Origin: Ancylonema sp.
Lineage: Eukaryota
Assembly (NCBI GenBank): GCA_050230475.1
Contig: JBFLGF010000033.1
Coordinates: forward strand, 1-64,000
DNA length: 64,000 bases
Reading direction: 5' to 3'
This document shows positions 37,175 to 50,749 of the stretch, piece after piece (the stretch's first letter is position 1; every line of letters begins with the position of its first letter). A model generated the notes under the pieces. The model was not told the origin of the DNA and ran no database searches. It saw only the letters and a program-made list of their open reading frames with translations. A program made the position numbers and the translations under genes.

Positions 37175-38093
37175 AACCTGAATATTGGGAACGTAGGGAA
37201 AAGAAAGTTATGCAATTGTTTCAAAGTCACCAGGTTTATTTTCTCGTTCCCAAATGACTACTCTCAATCCTGCCGCAAAATGCAGATGGTTTTCCGATCT
37301 GTTGTAGGTAGAAGATGACGTGCATTTTCTCGACAAGAACTCTTGAAATACTATCCTTCATCTGCCCTTCATCTGACCCTGAATGAAGTGAAGTAATGTA
37401 GCCCCTCAACCAGAGTTTCAAAACAGCGCACCAAACGCTCATTAACCTGAAGGGTTCAGGACCGTGGTTGGCTCTGCTTTTTCCGCCTGGTAACGTGAGC
37501 TCGTTGTCCATCTGGTGGCAAAAATGAATGGCGCATGTCCGCAAGCGTCGTTATATGTCACGCCCATACGCACTTGCTCCGTCCCTACAACGAACATTTT
37601 AAACCACCGACATGAACAACCGCTGAGCAGGCGCCACCTGTCATTATGCATGGGCCTTCCTCTCCTGACACCCTACTGAAATAATATTTGACGTTCGGTT
37701 GGGCACGTTGGGTGTCGCAACTCCAGACCAGCATCTCCCGCATTGCTTTTGAATCATTTTACCGGGCGTCAGCACGGATGGAGGGGACTCGCTATCCTTG
37801 CCTGGCAACTCTATCCTAGGTCGCGGTCAATCGCCTACAAATCCAGATATTTACAGCATAGCGGTCAATGAGCCTAACTTTTGGTGACTAGTCCACCGCG
37901 GACTGCATTTATCTGAACCTTCTCTTGGTTGGAAGAGGAGTCGTGGCTGGAGAGCTTGGAGTTTAAATCCCTTCAAATTGTCTGGAGTCTGAATGAAAAT
38001 CACCTTCGTACCAAAACAACTGTCAAATTATATATTGCCCTCCACATTCGTACGAGAGCACTAGAAGAAGCAGATTCGACAAGCCAATTTCGC

Positions 38094-41000
38094 ATGGGGG
38101 CTGCTGAGTCGAGGTCTGTCTTCGGGGACCATGAAGACTTGCTGCGCCAGTTGGTCTCATCAAAACCGATACCCGCGAATGCCATATTTTGGGAGGATTT
38201 GCTGGCGTTCTCCCATCCCCTGCCCAAGCTGAAGCCAGCTGATGTAGACTCCGCCACGAGAGAGGCGTGTGTCAGTCTGTGTGAGTATTTTTCACTAGAT
38301 GACAAGAAAGCTGACATCATAATCGCTCATTTGGATTCACAGCCCGAGTTCCGCACGGGTCCTCTGCTCAAAATTATGAGAGTGTGCCACAGGGATCTTC
38401 CTTTCACTCTTTTGAAAAAAAAAAAGAATTGAGGAGGTGGTGCCAGGTGTGGCGTGTCAGTTGAACTGAAACCTCTTCACAATAAACATGCACTAGCAGA
38501 CATGATAAATGCATATGCACACGCATAAATCTTTGCATGGAGCCTGCTGCTATGCATTGGACACGGGTCATTCCAAACCATCACAACATCACAACATCCG
38601 GCGTTACCCCCCTCAAAGCAGATTCCAGACCAGTCGTGCATCTCTGTACAGACAGAAAGCATTTGTGGGCATACCATCTGACATCCCCCTATCCCCCCAT
38701 CCCCCCATCCCCCCATCCCCCCTCCATCCGCTAGTGGAGAACACTGCAGAGAGTGGGCAGCTGGCCAAGCTGTGCCTCCATTTGAGCCGCACCCTGAGCG
38801 CCCTCCCCCCCTCTCTCACGCGTCTTCCCCTCCAAGCCATCAGCGCCACCCACTTTACTCGTCTCTTTCTCAAGCACATGGTGGAGAGCTACAGCACCCA
38901 TGACATTGCCCCTCTCCTCGCCCTCACTCTCTCTGACGAGGAAGCAGCGGCCCTCCACTTACCTCCCGGTGAGCGCAGCCTCCCACACGGTCTCATACGT
39001 GTAACCAACACCTGATCTACGACCAAAACCTCAAAACATAAGCCTATGAGCCAGCCAGGGCCGACCAAGTCTGCCGCCGCCATAACAGCAGCAGGCGGCA
39101 GATGAGTGACCTGCACTTTCCCGGAAGTTTCCACGAACGGGGGTTGGGGCCCGGAGTTGTTATATGATGCGGCAGAAGCGGTGTGGGGGTGGCAGGTCCT
39201 CTGGACGTAGTCCAGGCTCTCACCCGCTCCCTCCTCGCATTCGTCGCTACCCAAGATGTCAAGTGAGGAGCCGTACGCAGGGTGACAAGATTGTAAATTT
39301 GAAGATCAGTATCATCGCAACGTGCCACCATGTAACATCCAGCATGGTGATGAGAGGAGGGGATGAAGCATCGGATGGCATGATTGATTGGTTGCACCAA
39401 TGAGGGTGTCACGCACAGTCACAGTTGTGCCTGTAACAAATCTGCCATCGCATGAAACTCAAAAAAAAGCAATTCCGCCACAAGGACTGCTTCAGTTGAG
39501 GGTAACATAATTTTCTTGATTGGGGAGGCAGAAGATTGGAAAAGGAAGAAGAAAGGAAGAGAGGAAGAGAGGAAGAGAGGAAAGGGGAAACAGAAGAATG
39601 GAGAGAAGAGAAGAGAAGAGAAGAAGTGAGAAAGAAAGTGGTTTCTGACGCGCTTCCATCCTTTTGCCCAGCCCCGCCTCCCACCTCCTCCACCTGGAGG
39701 TCCTCAACCTCCTCCTGGTCATGCTGTCCACCCAGCTGCACGCCGCCATCGGAGCATCCTCCGCAGACCCCCACATCTTTTTGGACTGCATCATGCTGCA
39801 GGTACGTCTCAAACCTCCTCCCCCCCTTCCTCCTCTGCTCTCACCTCTTAAGACGTCTTAAGAACGGCCGATCAGGGCCATCCATTCGCCCCCCCCCACC
39901 CTACGGGTGTCGGTTGGGAAGCGGCTGTGACTCTGCCAGGTGGCGTTGGGTGGGCAGGAGGAGTTGGCGGTGCCTTTTGTGCAGAAGGCATTGAGCGCCT
40001 ATATCGAGAGACAGCCCCTCCCTCCTCGCTCCCCCCTCTACGCTCCCGGGCAGATGGGGGGGGAAGGGGGGGTGCTCAGAAAAGTGGGGTCTGCCGCAGG
40101 TCAGTGTCCCTCTGTTTTTTTCTCCTGGGGAAGGACGGTGTTCTCCTGTCCCTCTGTTTTTTTCTCCTGGAGGAGGACAGGGTGGGGATTGAGGTTTGGG
40201 GTTGGGATGGTTGGGTCCAGCTGCGGTGTTCCTCCTGCCCTACTACACCTACTCCTACCTCGTCACCTCCCTCAGTCGGACGGGGGGTAAGAGCCCTCTG
40301 GGCGACACCAGCCTGCTGGTGCTGCTCCTCCTGGTGCACTACGGGAAGGTGAAGGGTGGGGAGGGTGGGGAGGTGGGGGCGGTGGGCGGGGATGGGAGGC
40401 CGGAGTACCAGCTGAACCCCTTCAGGAACGCGGTGGCGAATGCCAGGGATGCACAGTGTGAGCCCCCCCCCCCCTGCCACCTGGCACTCAGGGCTGGGTT
40501 CGCTCGCTCCTCTGCTCATGTGGCCTGTTGGGGTTCAGTGGGGAGTGGTGACGAGGGGGGGGAGGCTCACGCTCACGTTCCCTTTGCGGCTCTCTTCGAC
40601 ACACTCTCCGCGTCAGTCCCTCTCTCTCTCTCTCTCTCGCTCGCTCTCTGTGTGCTGTTCACGCGGGTATGCTGACGTGGCACGGTGCGGCGGATGCCAG
40701 GTGTGTGGTGGACGATCGCTCCACCCTCCTCCTCTACTCCCTCGTCCATTCCAATTCCGCGTTCTTGGAGTACCTCCTCGTGCGCGCGGACCTGGACACC
40801 ATCGTAAGTCACCACTGCCTCCGTGCCCCCTTCCGCTGGGTCCCCAACCGTGGGGCTGGGTGGGGGATGGGGGTCGCAGCTGATGCCTCTGCTAGAGATG
40901 CTGTACCGCGCGTCAGACAGGACCCCCAACCAGATCTACATCCTCCTCATCATTCTGCTCCTGCTCACTCAGGATGCCTCCTTCAACGCCAACGTCCACA

Positions 41001-42767
41001 AACTGGTACCCCTCTCTCTGCACACCTGTCCCGCCACCCACCCACCCGCATGCTCCAACCTCGCCTCTCATTGGCCCCCAGATCCTGCCCGGCGTCCCCT
41101 GGTACAAGGAGCGCCTCCTCCCCCGCATCTCCCTCGGCTCCCTCATGGTCGTCATCCTCATCCGTACCGTGAAGTACAACCTGTCCAAGCTCAGGGTGGG
41201 GCCCGCTACCTGTGCCTCGCGGGCATCGGGTGTTGACTTCTGAATCGCTGTTCCGCCCTTCCGGATTCGCGTAGTTAGGGTTCCTGGGGTCGATTTGGTC
41301 GGTCGGTTGGGATTTTTTTACGATCAGGAATTCGCGTTCCGGAAAATGTCGGTTCCGAGTTTAGGGTTTTCGGGAAATGGTTTGTGGGGTTCAGGACGTG
41401 TACCTCCACACCAACTGCCTGGCCACTCTTGCCAACATGGCCCCTCATGTGCACCACATCAACGCCTACGCCTCGCAGCGCCTCATCAGCCTCTTCCACA
41501 TGCTCGCGAGGAAGTGAGAATCGGACACCTGGCGCAACCTCATTGGCCATCTGACAGGCAATGGGGGGGAGCGTGGGTCTGACGTGACAAAGGGGGGGGG
41601 GGGGTGGAGGGTGGGCAGGTATACGAAATTGTCAGAAGGGAGCTTGTCTCGGAAGCAGCTAGAAGGGGGGGGGAAGGGGGTTGGGGAGGAGGGGGGGGAG
41701 GATGATGTGGTGAGTGTGTACCACTCACTAAGGCCGAGTCTGAGAATTATCGCAAAAAAAAAGTTTTAAAGTAATTGGTTTTGCAATAGGCTTGTCTCAT
41801 CTTTTTGACTCATTCAGAATATTGAGATTCTGATTCCTCCATTCCATTTTGGTATGCCTATGGGATGGGCCCCAGCCGACGGAGCTGCACATCTACACCG
41901 ACTTTCTGCGCATTGTGCTCGAAATCATCAACGCCATCCTGTCCTACGCCCTGCCCCGGAACCCCGAGGTACCTCCACCTCCACCTCTTTCTCATGTTCT
42001 TATGGTCGTGCTGATGTGAGATAAGAAAATGATGCATGCATCGATCTCTCATCACCCAAATCGATNATGTGGTGAGTGTGTACACTCATGCTGAGTCTCA
42101 GAATCATTGAAAAAACAATTCAATTGATTTTGCAACGGGCCTGTCTCATCTTTTGATTCATTCAGAGTGTTGAGTTTGAGTCCTCCATGTTCTTTTGGTA
42201 TAATTATGGGATGGGGCCCAGCCGACGGAGCTGCACATCTACACCGACTTTTTGCGGATCGTGCTCGAAATCATCAACGCCATCCTGTCCTACACCCTGC
42301 CCAGGAATCCCGAGGTACAAAAGTGAAGTACCACTGAGTGCTGTCACATCAGTGTTTTCTTTAGGTTTGGGATTTAGGGTTTTTTTCTCCGGCTGTTTCT
42401 TACGTTCACGGTGATGTGAGATAAGAAAATGGTGCATATATCGAGCTCTCATGAGCCAAAATCGATGCGTCACATGTAACCTGCCGTATAACTCCATGTC
42501 TGTGGGAAGCTTTTGGTTTCACTTTGATATTCCCCCCTCTCTTTCCTATGCATGTATACATGTGTACATACACATATATACATACGTACATACATACATG
42601 TACACACATGTACATACATACAGATGTACATATATACATATGTCTATATACACATATATACATATATACATNACATGGTTGTGCGCAGACGTGGGTAGAA
42701 AGCTGTTCTCTCTGTTACACTGGGGGGTTTGAGAGGTGAAAATAACATTTTATTGCGTGAATGGTTT

Positions 42768-42800
<33 letters not shown>

Positions 42801-45800
42801 CCCGCTTCTCTCGATGGTCTTTGTTGTCGAATCCGTATTCCGTAACTGTTCGGAGAGGCTTGACATTAAGCTGTATATATTATACTTTCTTTTACTTCAT
42901 GTGCACTCACTGTTTTTGTACATGTGAATCTTTCTGCTCGGGATGGCAGATGTTCACGGAGCTGAGATTCACATATGAGGAGGAGCTCCACCCAGAAGAG
43001 TTTTACGTTCCTTATGTGTGGACCCTGGTGGTGGCGCACAGAGGAATCCCATGGAACCCTGACGCCATCACCCTCTTCTCCCTCAACCCCACAACGCAGG
43101 TGTGGACCGGGTCAGGTGGTAGCTGGTCCAGATGTTGTGGAAATTGATGCGATATTTCGCACATTTTGTGCAGATGGAGTGGCTTCATAATTTATGTGGC
43201 GAGATCGGGGGGGTTGCGGGTGGATGGGATATTTCACGGAAGCTTCTTGGCGATGGTCGGGGTGCAGGTCGATGAGGTGACGGATGACGGGTTAAACACC
43301 AATTTGGAATACACGCCCACGCCCAGGGAGGAGGTATGATGACGTGGCAGTTGTGGAGGCGCGACATGTACCGGGCCAGCTCCAACATCGCGACAAGTGG
43401 ATCTAACTCGTTGCAGAATACGGTGAACCAAGAGAATCATGAGATTTTGGCACCATCTACGGGTGTGGTCCTTTGTTCGGTTTCGATTTCGGTTTCGCGT
43501 TGGTGTTTGAATCTCATGCGGAGTCCTGCAGAGGATTTGAGTGAGATGTACAACTCGACTTAGGTGTGTGTAAGGGGATATCGTCAAGATTCTCAGCCAA
43601 CATGTGTAAACGCAATAATGTAGTCGCAGCTTGTGGTCATCGTTTGGGATAAAGTCTCGTCAAAATTCTTTGCTGAAATATCTCAGAGTGTAGGGGTTTG
43701 TATTCTCGTGGTTAACCATCACAAGATTAATGGACAAGACCGGTAAATACGTTTGCTCTCTTTTAGGTGTCTCCGAAATGAGCATTGCTAAAGTGCAGAT
43801 AACTAATTCACATTTGTATCCGTTCGTCATTTGGCATCCGCGCATCGTTGTGTATGGTTGATCCTTGTGGATGCATATGCCTTTACAAAATATACGAACT
43901 TTGCAACAAAATGAGGGCGTGTATCAATGAGTTGGTCGACACAACAACCAATTCAGAGATTGCTATTTGATGACAACGGATGGATGATACACATGACCAA
44001 ATAGTTTGGGGACTGTTATTAGAGAGGACTAGTTCTCGATGCGTTGCTGTGGACTTAAAGGTGGCTATAGTTGGTACTCGCATCCAAATTACAAAAGGCA
44101 AAATACTATGGCGTGCAGAAGCGGATCGAAAGTGCTGATTTGAGGATATGCACAGAATGACTATTTGTGTCGGTGGGGAAAATGCACTGACCAAAAAACC
44201 AAAAAACNACTTTTCCCCTGGAGAAGGAGGACAGGGTTGGGATTGAGGTTTGGGGTTGGGATGTTTGGGAGCAGCTGCGGTGTTCCTGCTCCCGTACTAC
44301 ACCTACTCTTACCTCGTCACCTCCCTCAGTCGGATGGGGGGTAAGAGCCCTCTGGGCGATACCAGCCTCCTGGTGCTGCTCCTCCTGGTGCACTACGGGA
44401 AGGTGAAGGGTGGGGAGGGTGGGGAGGCGGGGGAGGTGGGTGGGGATGGGAGGCCGGAGTACCAGCTGAACCCCTTCAGGAACGCGGTGGCAAACGCCAG
44501 AGATGCACAGCGTGAGCCTCCCCCCCCCCCCCCCCCTGCCACCTGGCAGACTGCACTCAGGGCTGGGCTCATTCGCTCCTCTGCTCATGTGGCTTGTTGG
44601 GGGCTCAGTGGGAAGCGGCGATGAGGGGGGGGTGGCTCATGCCCACGTCCCCTTTGCGGCCCTCTTCGACACACTCGGCGCGTCAGTCCCCCCCTCTCTC
44701 TCTCTCTGCCTCTCTGTGCTGTTCATGCGGGTCTGCTGACATGGCATGGTGTGGCTGATGCCAGGGGTGTGGTGGATGATCGCTCCACCCTCCTCCTCTA
44801 CTCCCTCGTCCATTCCAATTCCGGGTTCTTGGAGTACCTCCTCGTGCGCGCAGACCTGGACACCATCGTGAGTCACCACCACCCCCTCCCTCCCCCCCTC
44901 CCCCCCTCCGCTGGGTCCCCAACCATGGGGCTGGTGGGGGGTGGGGGTTGCAGTTGATGCCTCTGCTGGAAATGCTGTACCGCGCGTCCGACCGGACCCC
45001 CAACCAGATCTACATCTTGCTCATCATCCTGCTGCTGCTCACCCAAGATGCTTCCTTCAACGCCAACGTCCACAAACTGGTAACGCTATTTAGGGTTACA
45101 ACCCTACCTGCACCCCCATGCTCCAACCTTGCCTGTCATTGGTCCCCAGATCCTCCCTGGTGTCCCCTGGTACAAGGAGCGCCTCCTCCCCCGCATCTCC
45201 CTCGGATCCCTCATGGTCGTCGTCCTCATCCGAACTGTGAAGTACAACCTGTCGAAGCTCAGGGTGGGCCCCCACTGCCTCTGTCTCGGGGGCATCGAGT
45301 GTCGAGTTCTGAGTCACTGTTTCGCCCTTCTTCGTGGGTTCGCATCTCTCGGGTTTTTGGGTTTTGGTCGGTTGGGATTTTTTGTCATCGAGAACTCGCG
45401 TTCCGGAAAATGTCGGTTCTGATTTTAGGGTTTTCGGGAAATCGATTGTGGGGTTCAGGACGTGTATTTGCACACCAACTGCCTTGCCACTCTCGCCAAC
45501 ATGGCCCCCCCCGTGCACCACATCAACGCCTACGCCTCGCAGCGCCTCATCAGCCTCTTCCACATGCTCGCAAGGAAGTCAGACTCGGACACCTGGCGCA
45601 ACCTCATTGGCCACCTGACAGACAATGGGGGGGAGCGGAGGTCTGACGTGACAAAGGGAGGGGGGAGGGGGGGGGGCTGGGCAGGTATACGAAATTTTCG
45701 GAAGGGAGCTTGTCTCGGAAGCAGCTAGAAGGGGGGGGGCAGGGGGTTGGGGAGGTGGGGGGGGAGGTTGTTGTGGTGAGTGTGTACACTCATGCTGAGT

Positions 45801-46470
45801 CTCAGAATCATTGAAAAAACAATTCAATTGATTTTGCAACGGGCCTGTCTCATCTTTTGATTCATTCAGAGTGTTGAGTTTGAGTCCTCCATGTTCTTTT
45901 GGTATAATTATGGGATGGGGCCCAGCCGACGGAGCTGCACATCTACACCGACTTTTTGCGGATCGTGCTCGAAATCATCAACGCCATCCTGTCCTACACC
46001 CTGCCCAGGAATCCCGAGGTACAAAAGTGAAGTACCACTGAGTGCTGTCACATCAGTGTTTTCTTTAGGTTTGGGATTTAGGGTTTTTTTCTCCGGCTGT
46101 TTCTTACGTTCACGGTGATGTGAGATAAGAAAATGGTGCATATATCGAGCTCTCATGAGCCAAAATCGATGCGTCACATGTAACCTGCCGTATAACTCCA
46201 TGTCTGTGGGAAGCTTTTGGTTTCACTTTGATATTCCCCCCTCTCTTTCCTATGCATGTATACATGTGTACATACACATATATACATACGTACATACATA
46301 CATGTACACACATGTACATACATACAGATGTACATATATACATATGTCTATATACACATATATACATATATACATATATAAATATATACATATATACATA
46401 TATACAGTTAAACATCATATATGCATATTCACATATATACATATATACATATATGTGTACATATATATAC

Positions 46471-46510
<40 letters not shown>

Positions 46511-47561
46511 GTACACATATATAAATATATAAATTTACACATAGATATAAATCAAAATTGAATGAATGTAGCGTTAGAAGTACGTGTTGTGTGCACCACA
46601 TTTTGATGCCCCGTGAAGTGACGTGGGCGCCACACAGGTGGTGTATGCGCTGCTCCACCGACAGGAGCTGTTCGCCCCCTTCCGACACCATCAGCGCTTC
46701 TACGAGCTCGTCGAAAACATATGGCAGGTCATCGACTTCTTCAACGTGCGCATGGAGGAGGTGGGTGTGGAGGGGGAGTGGTCGGTGGAGCGAGTCCTTG
46801 AAGTTGTGGTGGCCAACGCACGCCATTGGAGGGGGGACGGGATGAAGGTACAACACGCGTGGTTAGGGGTATCACTACACTGATACGCTATAGAAGTACC
46901 CTGCCGCCCATATACATGTGGGGAAGTATCGAACAATCTTCTGTTCGTCGCCCCACCCCTTATGGCAATTGGTGTTGTCCCCCCACCAAGGGCACCACAC
47001 CCTTATGGGGGCCATTCAGCCTTGTGGGAAGGGTGAGAAGGGTACATGTATGAGGGAACCGCTTTACTTCTCAACCCTCAGAGGTCATTCATTCTCCACC
47101 CTAAGTATGTGAACCTACGGTCTTTGGTCCCATGCCGGACGGTTTCTGGTACGGAAATGAGAGGAATGACACTCCCTCATCCATTCATGGGGGGAACGTT
47201 TAGAGGCAGGCTATTTTGTTCCTCTTAGGGGCGTTTTTTGGTTCATTTTATTTTTCATTCATTCTGGTCGTTGGAAGTAATTCAGTGGAAGGGGAATCAT
47301 GAGCAGTGCCATGTGGTACCAATAGCCAAAGAGACTCAGGCATGAAGTCAAGGCATTCCAAGATTTTTCCATGGGTACAAGTTGTGTTCAGGAAATATGT
47401 TGGTGTGGAAAAAAGGGATAGGTGTGAGTGTGGGAAAAAGGGAAGGTGGCGCTATTTGGAATGAATGCATGGTTGTGCGCAGACGTGGGTAGAAAGCTGT
47501 TCTCTCTGTTACACTGGGGGGTTTGAGAGGTGAAAATAACATTTTATTGCGTGAATGGTTT

Positions 47562-47594
<33 letters not shown>

Positions 47595-48133
47595 CCCGCT
47601 TCTCTCGATGGTCTTTGTTGTCGAATCCGTATTCCGTAACTGTTCGGAGAGGCTTGACATTAAGCTGTATATATTATACTTTCTTTTACTTCATGTGCAC
47701 TCACTGTTTTTGTACATGTGAATCTTTCTGCTCGGGATGGCAGATGTTCACGGAGCTGAGATTCACATATGAGGAGGAGCTCCACCCAGAAGAGTTTTAC
47801 GTTCCTTATGTGTGGACCCTGGTGGTGGCGCACAGAGGAATCCCATGGAACCCTGACGCCATCACCCTCTTCTCCCTCAACCCCACAACGCAGGTGTGGA
47901 CCGGGTCAGGTGGTAGCTGGTCCAGATGTTGTGGAAATTGATGCGATATTTCGCACATTTTGTGCAGATGGAGTGGCTTCATAATTTATGTGGCGAGATC
48001 GGGGGGGTTGCGGGTGGATGGGATATTTCACGGAAGCTTCTTGGCGATGGTCGGGGTGCAGGTCGATGAGGTGACGGATGACGGGTTAAACACCAATTTG
48101 GAATACACGCCCACGCCCAGGGAGGAGGTATGA
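38094..48133 (+). CDS. DYM: Dymeclin (Dyggve-Melchior-Clausen protein), multi-exon; region scrambled by duplicated contigs
   Basis: MGAAES myristoylation-type start, then [55 protein letters not shown] and [20 protein letters not shown]. Confidence 0.88.
42067..44207. repeat. Two N-bounded exact duplicates (42067-42671 = ~45771-46375; 42673-44207 = ~47467-49001)
   Basis: Identical ORFs at offsets 3704 and 4794. Single Ns at 42066, 42672 and 44208. Confidence 0.9.
46255..46550. repeat. Intronic (TA/CA)-rich low-complexity microsatellite
   Basis: TATACA-type repeats in a dymeclin intron. Confidence 0.9.
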
Positions 48134-49284
48134 TGACGTGGCAGTTGTGGAGGCGCGACATGTACCGGGCCAGCTCCAACATCGCGACAAGTGGATCTAA
48201 CTCGTTGCAGAATACGGTGAACCAAGAGAATCATGAGATTTTGGCACCATCTACGGGTGTGGTCCTTTGTTCGGTTTCGATTTCGGTTTCGCGTTGGTGT
48301 TTGAATCTCATGCGGAGTCCTGCAGAGGATTTGAGTGAGATGTACAACTCGACTTAGGTGTGTGTAAGGGGATATCGTCAAGATTCTCAGCCAACATGTG
48401 TAAACGCAATAATGTAGTCGCAGCTTGTGGTCATCGTTTGGGATAAAGTCTCGTCAAAATTCTTTGCTGAAATATCTCAGAGTGTAGGGGTTTGTATTCT
48501 CGTGGTTAACCATCACAAGATTAATGGACAAGACCGGTAAATACGTTTGCTCTCTTTTAGGTGTCTCCGAAATGAGCATTGCTAAAGTGCAGATAACTAA
48601 TTCACATTTGTATCCGTTCGTCATTTGGCATCCGCGCATCGTTGTGTATGGTTGATCCTTGTGGATGCATATGCCTTTACAAAATATACGAACTTTGCAA
48701 CAAAATGAGGGCGTGTATCAATGAGTTGGTCGACACAACAACCAATTCAGAGATTGCTATTTGATGACAACGGATGGATGATACACATGACCAAATAGTT
48801 TGGGGACTGTTATTAGAGAGGACTAGTTCTCGATGCGTTGCTGTGGACTTAAAGGTGGCTATAGTTGGTACTCGCATCCAAATTACAAAAGGCAAAATAC
48901 TATGGCGTGCAGAAGCGGATCGAAAGTGCTGATTTGAGGATATGCACAGAATGACTATTTGTGTCGGTGGGGAAAATGCACTGACCAAAAAACCAAAAAA
49001 CTTTTCTCAGGTGATATATTTGGATTGTCGCTTTTACATCAATTTCGTCGATCATGACAATTCACCTTCCATCTGCAACATCGTTGTTACTGAACCAAAT
49101 GCTTCTGGAAGATCTCTGAAGCCAATCGCTCAAAGAGCAGCAAGCTCTAGTTCCCGGTCTCAACATGAAATTGTGGAGCATCGATGCAGATATGTACACG
49201 TCCCAAGATGCCCTCCCATGTATAATAATTTGATACCACTATTACGACGCCCTTGGCAACAATCCCATGGCCTCGCTGTCTTGT

Positions 49285-50268
49285 TCAGCCTGTTCTCAAA
49301 ATAATGTGGACACCGCTCTCTGTATCCACCACACCACTAAGCTCCCCGACTCTCAAAGCAGCAGTGCCTTCTTCGAAAGCCCTTTGCATCTGACGAGGTC
49401 CAAACCAGCCTGCATCTCCTCGAACAAAACTGTTACAAAATATTTGTGGCTCTATGAAGGATGAATTGGACCCTGAAGGAAAGACCGATTAGCAGCGACC
49501 CTGGACCTTACTCGGTTTGTTTGAAATATTACACTTGCTACAACTGGAATCTAAATAAGTGATGTGTAAAGTTGACAAGCACCAGGATTCCTGCCTCCAA
49601 CAAGGGTGAGACAGCGAACCGACCACATGCAGAGTAATCTCATGCAGGAATGTATTCGGTTGCTGTGAACAGCAGGGAACAGTTTCAACGCCGTCAAATT
49701 GGAGATGTTCCTCCGGGATGGCAATGAAAGACCTCGATATTTTTTAGGCGCAAGGTCCAGACGTGCAAGTCATGAAAGGAAGGTGCAGTGTGTTAAAAGT
49801 GCATTTAGCGATAACTAGATACCTGTTTTACGATAGAAATGCTGCAGTCCCTGACCTTCCAAAAAGTCCAACATTGACACTGCGACATTCCTGATAATGC
49901 AGCCAAGGATTCGAAGAACAGGAAAAGTACCATTTGTTCAGATGCAAAAATTTACCTACTCTACAGCGTGGTCCCTGCACCTGTTGCAGTAGCTATGGCG
50001 CACCACAATAGAAGTGATTTTAACCGAATCAAATCTCACCTAGATCTCCTCCTTTCTTAGCTGAACTGCAGTCAGATTCTTCTGAAGCCAAGGTTGCAAA
50101 GTCTTCACGACCACTCGCAATTTCCTCCCTGAATGCAAGGAGCTTCTGAATGGCCATTTCCTTGCTCCTTCGAGTGATTTCTTTACCATCCGAATCCTTC
50201 CAAGAGGCTGGTCTTCGTGACCCACTGTGCTTCACCAGCAAGTGAGAGGCTCGCATTTGGTCTCCCAT
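49285..50268 (-). CDS. PIN1: Parvulin-type peptidyl-prolyl isomerase Pin1 (plant type, no WW domain), 2 coding exons
   Basis: [20 protein letters not shown]...[12 protein letters not shown] spliced to [14 protein letters not shown]...GVHIILRTG*. Confidence 0.92.
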
Positions 50269-50749
50269 ACTTACAGCCTACAATCACGACCGGAAACAAC
50301 GGGCAGATTTTCCCGGTGCAAACAGCGACGCTGACCACAGCGAGTATGTGTAAACAACAAGTCAATCCCTATACACTCTCTGGATGGCAGCTGTCACTCT
50401 GGATGAGCCTATATTGTTGCAGGAAGAACTACACTCTCACCAGCCACCTGGTATCAGTGCATGCTAACGGCTTAATGAGGCGCAACTCGCGGGGCAAGTG
50501 CAACCTGCAGTATCTCGATACAACGTATATTTTAATGCAGATTACGTCGCAATATCGAACATACCTGGGAATTGAACTATGACCTGTACACTTCCTCCAC
50601 CTAAGCGCAAATGCAAGCTCAGAACCAGCACTGGGATTCCTGTGGATGATGGCAAAATTACCTTCTACGTAACTGTTAGACCTTCCAAAGCCAGCCACAT
50701 GGAAGCCATGAAAAGGAATGTGTAGGGACGCATTGCAAGAAGGCGTGCG

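Noticed and set aside
42067..44207. Apparent extra dymeclin 3' exons
   Set aside because: Exact N-bounded copies of downstream sequence; a scaffolding artefact.
45700..45780. Frameshift in the second dymeclin YTK exon
   Set aside because: It lies in G-runs, and the overlapping contig at 42067 reads ATGTGG where this copy reads TTGTGG. This indicates local base-call errors.
46110..46856. 248-aa Tyr/Ile/Val-rich ORF
   Set aside because: Antisense read-through of a TA-rich microsatellite and a dymeclin exon.
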